A stretch of 63,992 nucleotides of DNA, the filler included, from an uncultured Clostridia bacterium (lineage in GTDB: Bacteria > Aerophobota > Aerophobia > Aerophobales > B3-G15), in assembly GCA_964482715.1 (NCBI GenBank). It is 6 parts of 4 records of this genome, joined end to end, with 100 filler letters (N's around TTAATTAATTAA, not from the genome) between each part and the next. Parts side by side here need not be neighbours in the genome. Positions count along the whole stretch, not along the records: positions 27,424 to 59,051 come from CAYZYX010000022.1; 5 more parts are not named here. One strand, given 5' to 3'. This document shows, in pieces, positions 31,009 to 39,550 of this stretch (position 1 is the stretch's first letter; each line of letters begins with the position of its first letter). Both the position numbers and the translations under genes were made by a program. Below the pieces are notes generated by a model. The model saw only the letters and a program-made list of their open reading frames with translations. It ran no database searches and was not told where the DNA came from.

Positions 31009-31947
31009 TTACTGAGAGAAAAGCATTCCCTGACTATCCTGTATCTGATATTCCTGGGTGATGAGATATTTTATTTCCTCAGCTACAGCCCTCCGGGCTT
31101 TCTCCAAGTCACCGGTCTGAGAAAGAGTTTTTTCATATTTTTGACGTATATTCGTTCCAATATTTATCTTGGTTATACCATTTTTAATTGCTTCAAGAAG
31201 ATAGATTCTTTTAATTCCAGAGCCTCCGTGAAGTACTAAAGGAATATTGGTAGCCTCTTTTATCTTTTTTAAATGTTCTATATTTAGTCTGGCTTCGATC
31301 TTTTTTCTGTCTTTAGCTACCCCGGATATTGCCCCGTGTATATTCCCTATGGCTACAGAAAGCCAGTCTACATTTGTTTCTTTGACAAAGTGCCTTGCTT
31401 CATCAACCCTGGTGAACCCTTTCCCTGTGGAAAATAGTTCTTCGTAAGGAGGAAGAGGTCCTGATTCGTGACCCAGCACAGCTCCAAGCTCTGCTTCAAC
31501 TGGCACATTATTTGAATGAGCAAGCTCAACTACTTCTTTTGTAACACGAATATTCTCCTCAAGGGGGAGTCTTGAACCGTCAATCATAACAGAGTCATAT
31601 CCAATTTCCAGAGCCTCCTTTATAAGAGGCATCCAGTCAACTTTTTTTCCATCTTCATCTATGACAGGAATATGATCAAGGTGCAGACGGGTGAAGCGTC
31701 TATCAGCTATTTTGAAATATTCCTCGGCAACTTTTTTAAAGCTTTCTGCTCCAAATTTTTCCACGTCAGGGCGAGCTACTTCCACCAGTCCGAATGTTTG
31801 AAGTTCTTTCAGAGTTTCTACTATAGGAAGTATCATGGGAATATAAGCTACATTAAAAGCTGGAATCAAAAGCTTTTTCTCATAAGCCTTCCTCATTATA
31901 TCTTTAATAGATACTTGTTCCGGCTTCATTTTATCTATTTTTTCCAT
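31009..31947 (-). CDS. Class II fructose/tagatose-bisphosphate aldolase family protein (divergent)
   Basis: AFN, LHLDH, SVMIDGS, VEAELG, GNIHG, VLHGGSG, KINIGT. Confidence 0.88.
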   Translation of the reverse strand: MEKIDKMKPEQVSIKDIMRKAYEKKLLIPAFNVAYIPMILPIVETLKELQTFGLVEVARPDVEKFGAESFKKVAEEYFKIADRRFTRLHLDHIPVIDEDGKKVDWMPLIKEALEIGYDSVMIDGSRLPLEENIRVTKEVVELAHSNNVPVEAELGAVLGHESGPLPPYEELFSTGKGFTRVDEARHFVKETNVDWLSVAIGNIHGAISGVAKDRKKIEARLNIEHLKKIKEATNIPLVLHGGSGIKRIYLLEAIKNGITKINIGTNIRQKYEKTLSQTGDLEKARRAVAEEIKYLITQEYQIQDSQGMLFSQ

Positions 31948-33341
31948 TATTTTTTCACCTTTCTCAGTCTTACGGTAAAAACAATTCCTCCCACCACCAA
32001 GGGAAAGAGGGATAGATAGTAAAGAAAGTTAGCATTTTTCTTTCTTACAAGTCTTATCTCTCTCCTGCTTTCCGGGATTAAAGCGTTATTTTCCTTTTTT
32101 CCCAGAAAAATCTGATAACCATGAGGAGCCAGTTTTTCAGAGAGAATAAGCTGATAACCCTCAAAAGTTGGTTTTTTGTATGGAAATTCCTCTTTAGTAT
32201 ATTCAAGAATGTTATATCCAAGTTCGGGCCCAGGAATTTGCTGAACGATGTATGGTTTCTTATCCACTTTTTCCAGAAGCTTATCCTCATCGTAAAAGAG
32301 GAGAAATACATCTGTTATCGGATCAGTGTGTACCCATTTCCAGTTTTCCTCTCTACCTTCATTCTGGGGGTCCATCAACTTGTTGTGATAAAGCTCGTTG
32401 TATTCATCCTGATTGTAAGGGCGGAAATAAAGAACATTCCTTCCTGCTGCGTAGATTATGTTAGCCGGGTCATTACATTCCTCCCTTTTTGTCCAGCGAT
32501 TACCAGGAATAATCTCGTATCCCACTCCTCCTTTTCTGCGAGAGGTAAACACAAATAGATTCTTTTCGCTTCCTTCAACAATAGTGCCATCTTCGGCTCT
32601 TATTCTAATCTGATATTTTCCCACAGGAAGATTTACAATGTAGTCTTTCTTGGGTTCGGTCACGTAAAAGTCAGGACCCTTAGGAGGCTCCGGTTCTTTA
32701 GGTATCTCTATATCCAGAGGTCCTTTTTCTCCTGCTTCCCTTCTTCTTTTTACTTCTTTAAAGAACTCATCTAATTTTTTGCGATATTCTTGCCTTGCCT
32801 CATAGTATTTTTTCAAGTCCTCATAATACTTATCCAAAGCTTTTCTGTACTTTTGGTACTGTTTATTGGCATCCTCTCCCTTGTAAAATACGGTTTTTTC
32901 TCCCCAAAATCCCTCAGGATAATAAAGGACATTGTCTTCCTTTTTTAATTTCTTTATTACTTTGCCATCCTGAAGTATCTCCAGAGTTCCTTTTACTTGC
33001 TCGTTCAGAGTTTTCCATCCAGCCATATACCGGGCAGTAATTGGCCAGAAATAAACAAGTGTCTTCCGGGCGGAAATTGCATTATCCTTATTGGCAATTA
33101 TGTATATAGTGTCTTCACTTTGTGGGATAAATCCTCCACTCCATCCCTTACCGTCAAATACATTCCAGCGATAGACCAGTTCCTCCCTCAAAACCGGAGC
33201 AAGAGAAATGGTAGGTTGTTTTTTCTCCTCCTCTTTCTTTTCCTCTTGAGCTAATCCCCATTGGGTAACCAGAAAAATTAACAAAATTAAAAGCACAAAA
33301 ATTGAAAGTAAATTTACTATTTTTCTTCTTTTTTTAATCAT
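31947..33341 (-). CDS. Uncharacterised exported protein with C-terminal membrane anchor
   Basis: 464 aa; N-terminal signal/TM, central Tyr/Lys-rich helix and Pro-rich linker, C-terminal TM plus basic tail; overlaps both neighbours. Confidence 0.8.
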   Translation of the reverse strand: MIKKRRKIVNLLSIFVLLILLIFLVTQWGLAQEEKKEEEKKQPTISLAPVLREELVYRWNVFDGKGWSGGFIPQSEDTIYIIANKDNAISARKTLVYFWPITARYMAGWKTLNEQVKGTLEILQDGKVIKKLKKEDNVLYYPEGFWGEKTVFYKGEDANKQYQKYRKALDKYYEDLKKYYEARQEYRKKLDEFFKEVKRRREAGEKGPLDIEIPKEPEPPKGPDFYVTEPKKDYIVNLPVGKYQIRIRAEDGTIVEGSEKNLFVFTSRRKGGVGYEIIPGNRWTKREECNDPANIIYAAGRNVLYFRPYNQDEYNELYHNKLMDPQNEGREENWKWVHTDPITDVFLLFYDEDKLLEKVDKKPYIVQQIPGPELGYNILEYTKEEFPYKKPTFEGYQLILSEKLAPHGYQIFLGKKENNALIPESRREIRLVRKKNANFLYYLSLFPLVVGGIVFTVRLRKVKK

Positions 33342-34174
33342 GCCCTGACCCCCTTTGCTTTTAGAATATAAATTGAAAGGAAAAGTAAAATCACGGTGTA
33401 GATGATTGAATAAACTATATTAAGCACAAATGGTTTTACGCTACCAATCCTGATTGACTCCATTCCTCGAGAAAGATAAGAAAAGGGTGAGATCCAGTTT
33501 ATTATATGTTGAGTTACGAAAAGAGTTTTTCTAATATAAAGGAGCCAGGAAGTAAAAGCCTCCGATGGAAAGGTTAAAAACATGTTTTGAAGAAACCATA
33601 ACCCTAAAAAGGCAAGGAGTATTCCCACCAGCCATATTATGGAACTTCTCACTCTACCGGTTAGGGAGGAAATAAAGAGCCCAAAGCTTATCACACATGA
33701 AGCAAGAAATATGGAGAGCAAAAAGGCTTTCACCAGCAGGTAGGTGAAACCAAGATTGGTAAGTAGAGATACACCCAGAAAATATATAGCAGAAAATCCC
33801 AGAATAATCATATAAAGGATCATATCAGTAAAATACTTCCCCAGAAGAAATGAGGAGGAACTTACCGGTCCGTAAAATAATACCTCTAAAGTTCCTTGTT
33901 CTCTTTCTCGGGAAATAGAAATTGCCGAGACTACAACCAGATAAAAGGAGATGATAACTACCGATACAAAAAGTGGAAAATTAAGAGGATAAGAAGAGAT
34001 AAAGATGTTTTCCTCTCTTATTCCCCGCAAAAAATTTCTCAAGATAAAAGAGGAGACCAAAAAAGCAATAAACATAGCTGCATAGACCCCCCATCCATAG
34101 AGACTTGAAATTAGTTCCCTTTTTATGAGGACTCTCATACTATAAAAAGATATAGAGATTCCCTTTTCTTTCAT
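33338..34174 (-). CDS. ABC-2 type exporter permease (GldF/NosY-like)
   Basis: SISREREQGTLEVLF..P......LLGK motif; about six TM segments. Confidence 0.85.
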   Translation of the reverse strand: MKEKGISISFYSMRVLIKRELISSLYGWGVYAAMFIAFLVSSFILRNFLRGIREENIFISSYPLNFPLFVSVVIISFYLVVVSAISISREREQGTLEVLFYGPVSSSSFLLGKYFTDMILYMIILGFSAIYFLGVSLLTNLGFTYLLVKAFLLSIFLASCVISFGLFISSLTGRVRSSIIWLVGILLAFLGLWFLQNMFLTFPSEAFTSWLLYIRKTLFVTQHIINWISPFSYLSRGMESIRIGSVKPFVLNIVYSIIYTVILLFLSIYILKAKGVRA

Positions 34175-34899
34175 TTATATTCCTCCTTCACCGGGAAAAG
34201 TTGCACATCCTCAACTGTATCTTTGAATTCTCCCTGTTGCAGTTTTACTCTAACTTCCATAATTCCCCATTTTTCCTCTTTAATATCCACAGGGATTTTT
34301 TCCCAGGGGATAAAACCTTTGTTTTTGGCAAGATATTCCAATGAATCCCAGATATGTTGTACAGGACCCTCAAAAAGCTTTTTTCCCTTTCTGTAGTTGC
34401 CTTCCTCTCCAACTCTTTCCCATAAAGTAACTTCTATGGTTATGGGAAGACAGGGAAATTCAGTCATTCCGATCCCTTCCGGGTCAACGTATCTTATCTC
34501 CACAGTAATACCTTTTTTATCTGACTCAGTAAAACAGATAATTTCGGTTAAACCGGGAATTTTATCTCCTTTAAGAGGAATATCAAGTTTGTTTTCTCCA
34601 GTTTTAACCTTGATCTTTTTGGTAAACTTGATCCATCCTGATGGTGGAGAGGCTTCAAGGGTATACTCGGCAGGAGGTATTCTTGTAAGCTTATATTCGG
34701 TACTTCGATACAGAACAGTAGATCTTCCGTCAACTACAATACGAACCCCTTTCACCGGGTCACCAGAGAGTTCGTCAAAAATTTTTCCCTTAACTATTCC
34801 ATATTTTGGAGCTTTAAAGGTGGCAAAAAGCACACTGCCAGCAGCAACTATCACTACGATAATTATACTTACTGTAAGGTATAAGGTTCTTCTTTTCAT
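34171..34899 (-). CDS. Membrane-anchored protein with a carboxypeptidase-regulatory-like beta-sandwich domain
   Basis: N-terminal TM; VKGKIFDELSGDPVKGVRIVV...IPPAEYTLEAS motif. Confidence 0.7.
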   Translation of the reverse strand: MKRRTLYLTVSIIIVVIVAAGSVLFATFKAPKYGIVKGKIFDELSGDPVKGVRIVVDGRSTVLYRSTEYKLTRIPPAEYTLEASPPSGWIKFTKKIKVKTGENKLDIPLKGDKIPGLTEIICFTESDKKGITVEIRYVDPEGIGMTEFPCLPITIEVTLWERVGEEGNYRKGKKLFEGPVQHIWDSLEYLAKNKGFIPWEKIPVDIKEEKWGIMEVRVKLQQGEFKDTVEDVQLFPVKEEYK

Positions 34900-35846
34900 C
34901 GGGCAGCCTCCTTGGAAGTTGCCAGAAGAGAAATGTTTTTCTGAGTTATAGTTATAAAGGCCTCTTCAAGACTTAACTCTCTTGTTTTTATCCCTAAAAC
35001 AACTCCACCATTTTTAGCAATTGCTGCGGAAATATCAGCTCTGTGATCCTTGTCTGTTGTCACCTTGATGGTAAGTAGATTCCCCTCCTGATGGACCTCC
35101 TTGACAAAATCAAATGATTTAAGAACCTCAAGAATGAGTGGTTTTACTTCACTTAGCTCAACTTCAAGTTGCATATAATCAGTTAATCTTTTTCGCAGAT
35201 TATCCATGGTATCTTCAGCTAAAAGTTTACCTTTGTTTATTATGGCAACTTTACTGCAGAGTTTTTCAACTTCAGACAAAAGATGTGAGGAGATAAATAT
35301 GGTTCGTCCTTTCCTGTTTTCCTCTTCAATAAGGTCTCTTACCTGTTTTATACCTGTTGGGTCAAGTCCTGAAACCGGTTCATCAAGAAGTAAAAGATCC
35401 GGGTCATGTAAAAGAGCCCGGGCAAACCCGAGTTTTTGTTGCATCCCCCGGGAAAAGGCACCCAACTTTTTATTTTTAACCTCGAGTAAATTTACGGCCG
35501 ACAGAAGTTCATCTATTCTTTTTTCTTTGTTTTTTACTCCGTAAAGATCGCCAAAAAAACTCAGGTACTCACCAGCTGTCATCTCTTTGTACAGATACTG
35601 CTTCTCTGAGACAACTCCTATTCTTTTTTTTAGAGCCAGAGGATTTTTATGGAGGGGTTCTCCCATAATAAAGATCTCCCCCTCGGTGGGCTTAAGAATA
35701 CCAAGTAACATGAGAATAGTAGTTGTCTTTCCGGCACCATTAGGCCCCAGGAAACCGTAAATTTCTCCTGCTTCCACTTTCAAATTTAGATTATCCACTG
35801 CCCTGAAGCCATCATATTCTTTAACCAGATTTCTTGTTTCAATCAT
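34896..35846 (-). CDS. ABC-2 type transporter ATP-binding protein
   Basis: GPNGAGKTT, FSRGMQQ, LLDEP, SSH and C-terminal SLEEAF. Confidence 0.92.
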   Translation of the reverse strand: MIETRNLVKEYDGFRAVDNLNLKVEAGEIYGFLGPNGAGKTTTILMLLGILKPTEGEIFIMGEPLHKNPLALKKRIGVVSEKQYLYKEMTAGEYLSFFGDLYGVKNKEKRIDELLSAVNLLEVKNKKLGAFSRGMQQKLGFARALLHDPDLLLLDEPVSGLDPTGIKQVRDLIEEENRKGRTIFISSHLLSEVEKLCSKVAIINKGKLLAEDTMDNLRKRLTDYMQLEVELSEVKPLILEVLKSFDFVKEVHQEGNLLTIKVTTDKDHRADISAAIAKNGGVVLGIKTRELSLEEAFITITQKNISLLATSKEAAR

Positions 35847-35943
35847 TTTTACCCTCCCTCAAGGGTGTCCATTAGGTCAAATTTTTATTTTATCAATTTT
35901 ATCAAAATAATATTTTTTGTCCAGAAACGCAAGATGAATCTAT

Positions 35944-36167
35944 CTGAAATTGGGACAGTTTCTCACAGCTTTTTTCTGGGTCCCGGATATCCCACGGAAG
36001 ACGGCCTCGCAAGAGGTTTATCTCACCTAATCATTTTAGTGTAGCTCGGCCTCCGCTTTTTGGCTGTGCAAAAGTTCCTACTAAGGCAAAGTTTTCTGCT
36101 CGCCAAAAAGAGGCTTCCTTTGGAATACCCGGGACCTCTATCTACTTAAAAAGTGTCTCAACCTCAG
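35944..36167. mobile_element. Non-autonomous MITE-like element, copy 1 (224 bp)
   Basis: Ends CTGAAATTGGGACAGTTT and AAAGTGTCTCAACCTCAG form a 14/18 inverted match; perfect 8-bp direct repeat GAATCTAT at 35936-35943 and 36168-36175; homologous to 61188-61422. Confidence 0.88.
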
Positions 36168-36194
36168 GAATCTATCAAAAGACAAAACTAAAAA

Positions 36195-37496
36195 TCAAGA
36201 AAACCATTTAAATCCTACTATAAAGACCAGAGTTGCGGTTAAAGTGGTTATTAAAGATATAATACCTGCTGTTTTTATCCAGCTTTTAAAAGTAAGAGAA
36301 CTTGACGTTTTATCAATTAACCCCATCACCACGACTCCTGCAGAGGAACCAACAGGCGTGTAATTACCCCCTAAACCAACACCTATGGCCAGTGCCCACC
36401 ATAGAGGCTGGGTATTTATGCCAATTGTTCCTAAATGCTTGATTACAGGTATCATGGCTGCGGTGTAGGGAATATTGTCAATGAAGGCAGAAAGAATAGC
36501 CGAAAGCCAGATGACAATAACTGACAGAACAAGGGGATTATGAGTGATATTGCTTATGTTGTATCCCAGAATCTTCAATGCTCCAGCATGATCTACCCCT
36601 CCGACTATTATAAAAAGTCCAGCAAAGAAAAAGAGAACCGGCCATTCTATCTCTGATAGAATTTCATAAGGATCAGGTCTGACAAAAAGTAATGTTATGA
36701 CTGCTCCAATAAGGGCAACCATGGATGGCTTTAGTCCATGAAATTCTTCTGTAGCAAAAAGAGCTACTATCAGTATCAATGAAAAAACACATTTTACCAG
36801 GATACTTTTATCTTTTATGGCCTCTTCCTCTCTCATTTTTAAGAATTGACTTATTTTTTCTTTTTTCTTTACCAGAAAGGAACGAAAAATTATCTTCAAA
36901 AGAAAAAGAGAGACTCCCATAGCTAAAAGAGAAACAGGCATAAGATGAACGATGAAGGAATTAAAAGTCAAATTGGATGCTGATCCAATCATGATGTTTG
37001 GTGGGTCACCTACTAAAGTCGCTATACCACCTATGTTGGATAAGATAACTTCTCCAAGGAGCATGGGGAGAGGGCTTATACCAAGTATGTCACTTATCAG
37101 AAGGGTAACCGGGCTCATAAGAAGTATGGTGGTAACATTGTCAATTATCATGGATATAAAGGCGGTAATTAAACCTAAGGTGACAAGTAGTTTCCAGGGG
37201 TCACCGCCTGCCATCTTTACACCTTTAATTGCCAGATATCTGAAAAGACCACTTCTTTTTAGAATGTTGACTATTATCATCATTCCTAATAAAAGTCCTA
37301 TAGTGTTGAAATCTATAGCATTAAAGGCAAGACTCTGGCTGTAAAATCCCATTACAATACCGAAGATAAGCATGGAGGCCGCTCCTGTCATGGCCACAAT
37401 AGTTCGGTGGATCCTTCCATAAACAAAAAAGATGAAAGAAACGATAAATATAAACAGTGATCCAATTATCTCAATCAATTTTATCTTCTCCCACAC
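36195..37496 (-). CDS. ArsB/NhaD-family (SLC13-like) ion transporter
   Basis: IDFNTIGLLLGMM, DNVTT, NIGG.ATLVGDPPN, IDNIP, GGNYTPVG. Confidence 0.87.
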   Translation of the reverse strand: MWEKIKLIEIIGSLFIFIVSFIFFVYGRIHRTIVAMTGAASMLIFGIVMGFYSQSLAFNAIDFNTIGLLLGMMIIVNILKRSGLFRYLAIKGVKMAGGDPWKLLVTLGLITAFISMIIDNVTTILLMSPVTLLISDILGISPLPMLLGEVILSNIGGIATLVGDPPNIMIGSASNLTFNSFIVHLMPVSLLAMGVSLFLLKIIFRSFLVKKKEKISQFLKMREEEAIKDKSILVKCVFSLILIVALFATEEFHGLKPSMVALIGAVITLLFVRPDPYEILSEIEWPVLFFFAGLFIIVGGVDHAGALKILGYNISNITHNPLVLSVIVIWLSAILSAFIDNIPYTAAMIPVIKHLGTIGINTQPLWWALAIGVGLGGNYTPVGSSAGVVVMGLIDKTSSSLTFKSWIKTAGIISLITTLTATLVFIVGFKWFS

Positions 37497-37604
37497 ACTA
37501 AATTAAATACGATAATACAGAAAAATGGCGAAATTGCAAGTTTTTGATCTGGTAAAGTAAGTTATACGATAAGTCTTCCAAATGCTCTAATAGAGAGAAA
37601 AACC

Positions 37605-37632
37605 TTGACATCCTGATAAAATTTTCTATTAT
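37605..37632 (+). promoter_or_regulatory. sigma70-type promoter for zapA-cvpA-dgt-dnaG-rpoD
   Basis: TTGACA-N16-TATTAT. Confidence 0.55.
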
Positions 37633-37657
37633 AAAACAAAAACTTCAAGGTCAAAAA

Positions 37658-37927
37658 GTTGGGGTAAAGGTCACTATCTACGACCGAGAATATAATCTGA
37701 AGGCTGATGCCAAAGTAGACGAACATTCCCTTAAGCAGATTGCAGCTTATGTCGATGAGAAGATAAGAGAAATCGCAACTTCCATTCCTCAGAAAAGTTT
37801 TGAACAAATCTGCGTTCTTACCTGTCTTAATATCGCAGCAGAACTTTTCATTTTAAAAAAAAGAAATTCTTTAGCCAGGCAAAGACTTAAAAAACTTTTA
37901 GATAAGTTAGACAAGAAAGATTCATGA
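37658..37927 (+). CDS. zapA: Cell division protein ZapA (absent from ORF track; start uncertain)
   Basis: VKVTIYDREYNLKA...LKQIAAYVDEKIREI...VLTCLNIAAEL; TGA overlaps cvpA ATG; no in-frame ATG/GTG/TTG after the upstream stop. Confidence 0.85.
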   Translation, partial: VGVKVTIYDREYNLKADAKVDEHSLKQIAAYVDEKIREIATSIPQKSFEQICVLTCLNIAAELFILKKRNSLARQRLKKLLDKLDKKDS

Positions 37928-38514
37928 ACTGGCTGGATATAATTGCAGGTTTCGTGATTTTACTTTTTGTAATTCGTGGTATAATTAGAGGCCTTTTTAG
38001 AGAAGGAATTGGACTAATTTGTCTTATTGTTGGGTTTATAGTTGCTGTTAATCGTTACCAGCAGTTGGGTAAAGTAATACAAGAAGAAGTAGGGCTTCTT
38101 TCCTTAAAGATATCCAACATTGTGGCATTTGTAGTTATTTTTGTAGGAATTGCTATTATAGGGGCAATAGCAGGAGTTTTAATCCACAACCTTCTTTACC
38201 GTTATCCGGTGACTCGAGGCCTGGAAGAAGGAGGGGGCTTTATTTTGGGTTTAATTGAAGGTGCTCTGATCTGTAGTGTTATCCTTCTCCTCATAAGTGT
38301 CTCACCTTTTGCTGATAAATTCGAGACATTTAGCGAGGGATCCATTCTAAAACCTTATTTACTGAAGGTGGGCCCCTTTGTTTACGATAGTATTGCCTCT
38401 ATAACTCCTGGAAAGACAAAAAAATTCATTGAAAAATTGGACCCTGCTAATTTAAGCCAGCTTAGTAAAAATCTCTCCTCAGGGGAAAGAATTGTTGAAA
38501 ATCTTAGAAGGTAA
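37924..38514 (+). CDS. cvpA: CvpA (colicin V production) family membrane protein
   Basis: MNWLDII...RGIIRGLFRE and GGFILGLIEG motifs; follows zapA. Confidence 0.85.
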   Translation: MNWLDIIAGFVILLFVIRGIIRGLFREGIGLICLIVGFIVAVNRYQQLGKVIQEEVGLLSLKISNIVAFVVIFVGIAIIGAIAGVLIHNLLYRYPVTRGLEEGGGFILGLIEGALICSVILLLISVSPFADKFETFSEGSILKPYLLKVGPFVYDSIASITPGKTKKFIEKLDPANLSQLSKNLSSGERIVENLRR

Positions 38515-39550
38515 ATCAGTGGATATTTTTGATCGAAGGGCTCAAGAAGAATGGGAGAAAAAAAATCTGTCTCCGTTTGCTACTCTGAGTGTTGCTACCA
38601 GGGGGAGGGAAAGAAAAGAACCCTCCTGTCCTCTGAGAACTGAATTTCAAAGAGATAGAGATAGAATTATTCACTCAAAGGCCTTCAGAAGACTGAAACA
38701 TAAAACACAGGTATTTATTGCTCCCTTTGGTGACCATTACCGAACCAGATTGACTCACACATTGGAAGTAAGTCAAATTGCCCGAACCATTGCCAGAGCT
38801 TTAAGATTAAATGAAGATCTCACAGAAGCCATTGCGCTTGGACATGATCTTGGACACACTCCGTTTGGCCACATTGGTGAGGAGGCATTAAATAGTGTTT
38901 ATAAAGGCGGTTTTGCTCATAACGAGCAGAGCTTAAGAGTTGTAGAAAAACTGGAAGGAGAAAGGGGGTTAAATCTGACCTGGGAAGTCAGGGATGGCAT
39001 ATTGAACCATTCTCAGGAAGGGGAGAAAATACTAAGTGAAAATGCAAAAAATGTTCCCGCTACGCTGGAAGGAGAAGTAGTAAAAATTGCCGATCCTCTG
39101 GCTTATGTGAACCACGATATTGATGATGCATTAAGGGCAAAAATAATAAGAGAGAGAGATCTTCCTCGTGAGCCAATAAAGATATTGGGCGAGACTTCCA
39201 GAGAAAGAATTGCTTCTATTGTGAAGGATGTTGTTACCAACAGTTGGGATAAACCTCATTTGCAGATGAGCCCCCTTGTACTTGAGGCCTTTAACGAACT
39301 GAGAGATTTTATGTATAGGAGGGTATATAAAGCAGAAGTTCTTTTGAAGGAGGTGAGAAAAGCTTTCCAGCTGGTGTGTAGCCTTTATAATTTCTATCTA
39401 CAAAATCCTCACCTGATTCCAGATTATTTTAGAGAAAATGCTGGAAAAGAAAGTATTGAGCGAGCTGTGGTAGATTATATTGCAGGAATGACTGATCGTT
39501 ACGCTCTAAATGAATATGAGCGTTATTTTATACCCGGGGAGTGGGCGTAA
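38492..39550 (+). CDS. dgt: dGTP triphosphohydrolase-like HD protein
   Basis: FQRDRDRIIHSKAFRRLKHKTQV, HDLGHTPFGH, DYIAGMTD. Confidence 0.92.
   Translation: MLKILEGKSVDIFDRRAQEEWEKKNLSPFATLSVATRGRERKEPSCPLRTEFQRDRDRIIHSKAFRRLKHKTQVFIAPFGDHYRTRLTHTLEVSQIARTIARALRLNEDLTEAIALGHDLGHTPFGHIGEEALNSVYKGGFAHNEQSLRVVEKLEGERGLNLTWEVRDGILNHSQEGEKILSENAKNVPATLEGEVVKIADPLAYVNHDIDDALRAKIIRERDLPREPIKILGETSRERIASIVKDVVTNSWDKPHLQMSPLVLEAFNELRDFMYRRVYKAEVLLKEVRKAFQLVCSLYNFYLQNPHLIPDYFRENAGKESIERAVVDYIAGMTDRYALNEYERYFIPGEWA

Noticed and set aside
34397-34951. Long antisense ORFs (e.g. 34397-34951, 20000-20488, 1747-2244, 60675-61157)
   Set aside because: They lie wholly or almost wholly opposite well-supported genes and have no recognisable motifs.
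37562-37807. 81-aa minus-strand ORF in the ORF track
   Set aside because: Antisense shadow of the zapA frame.
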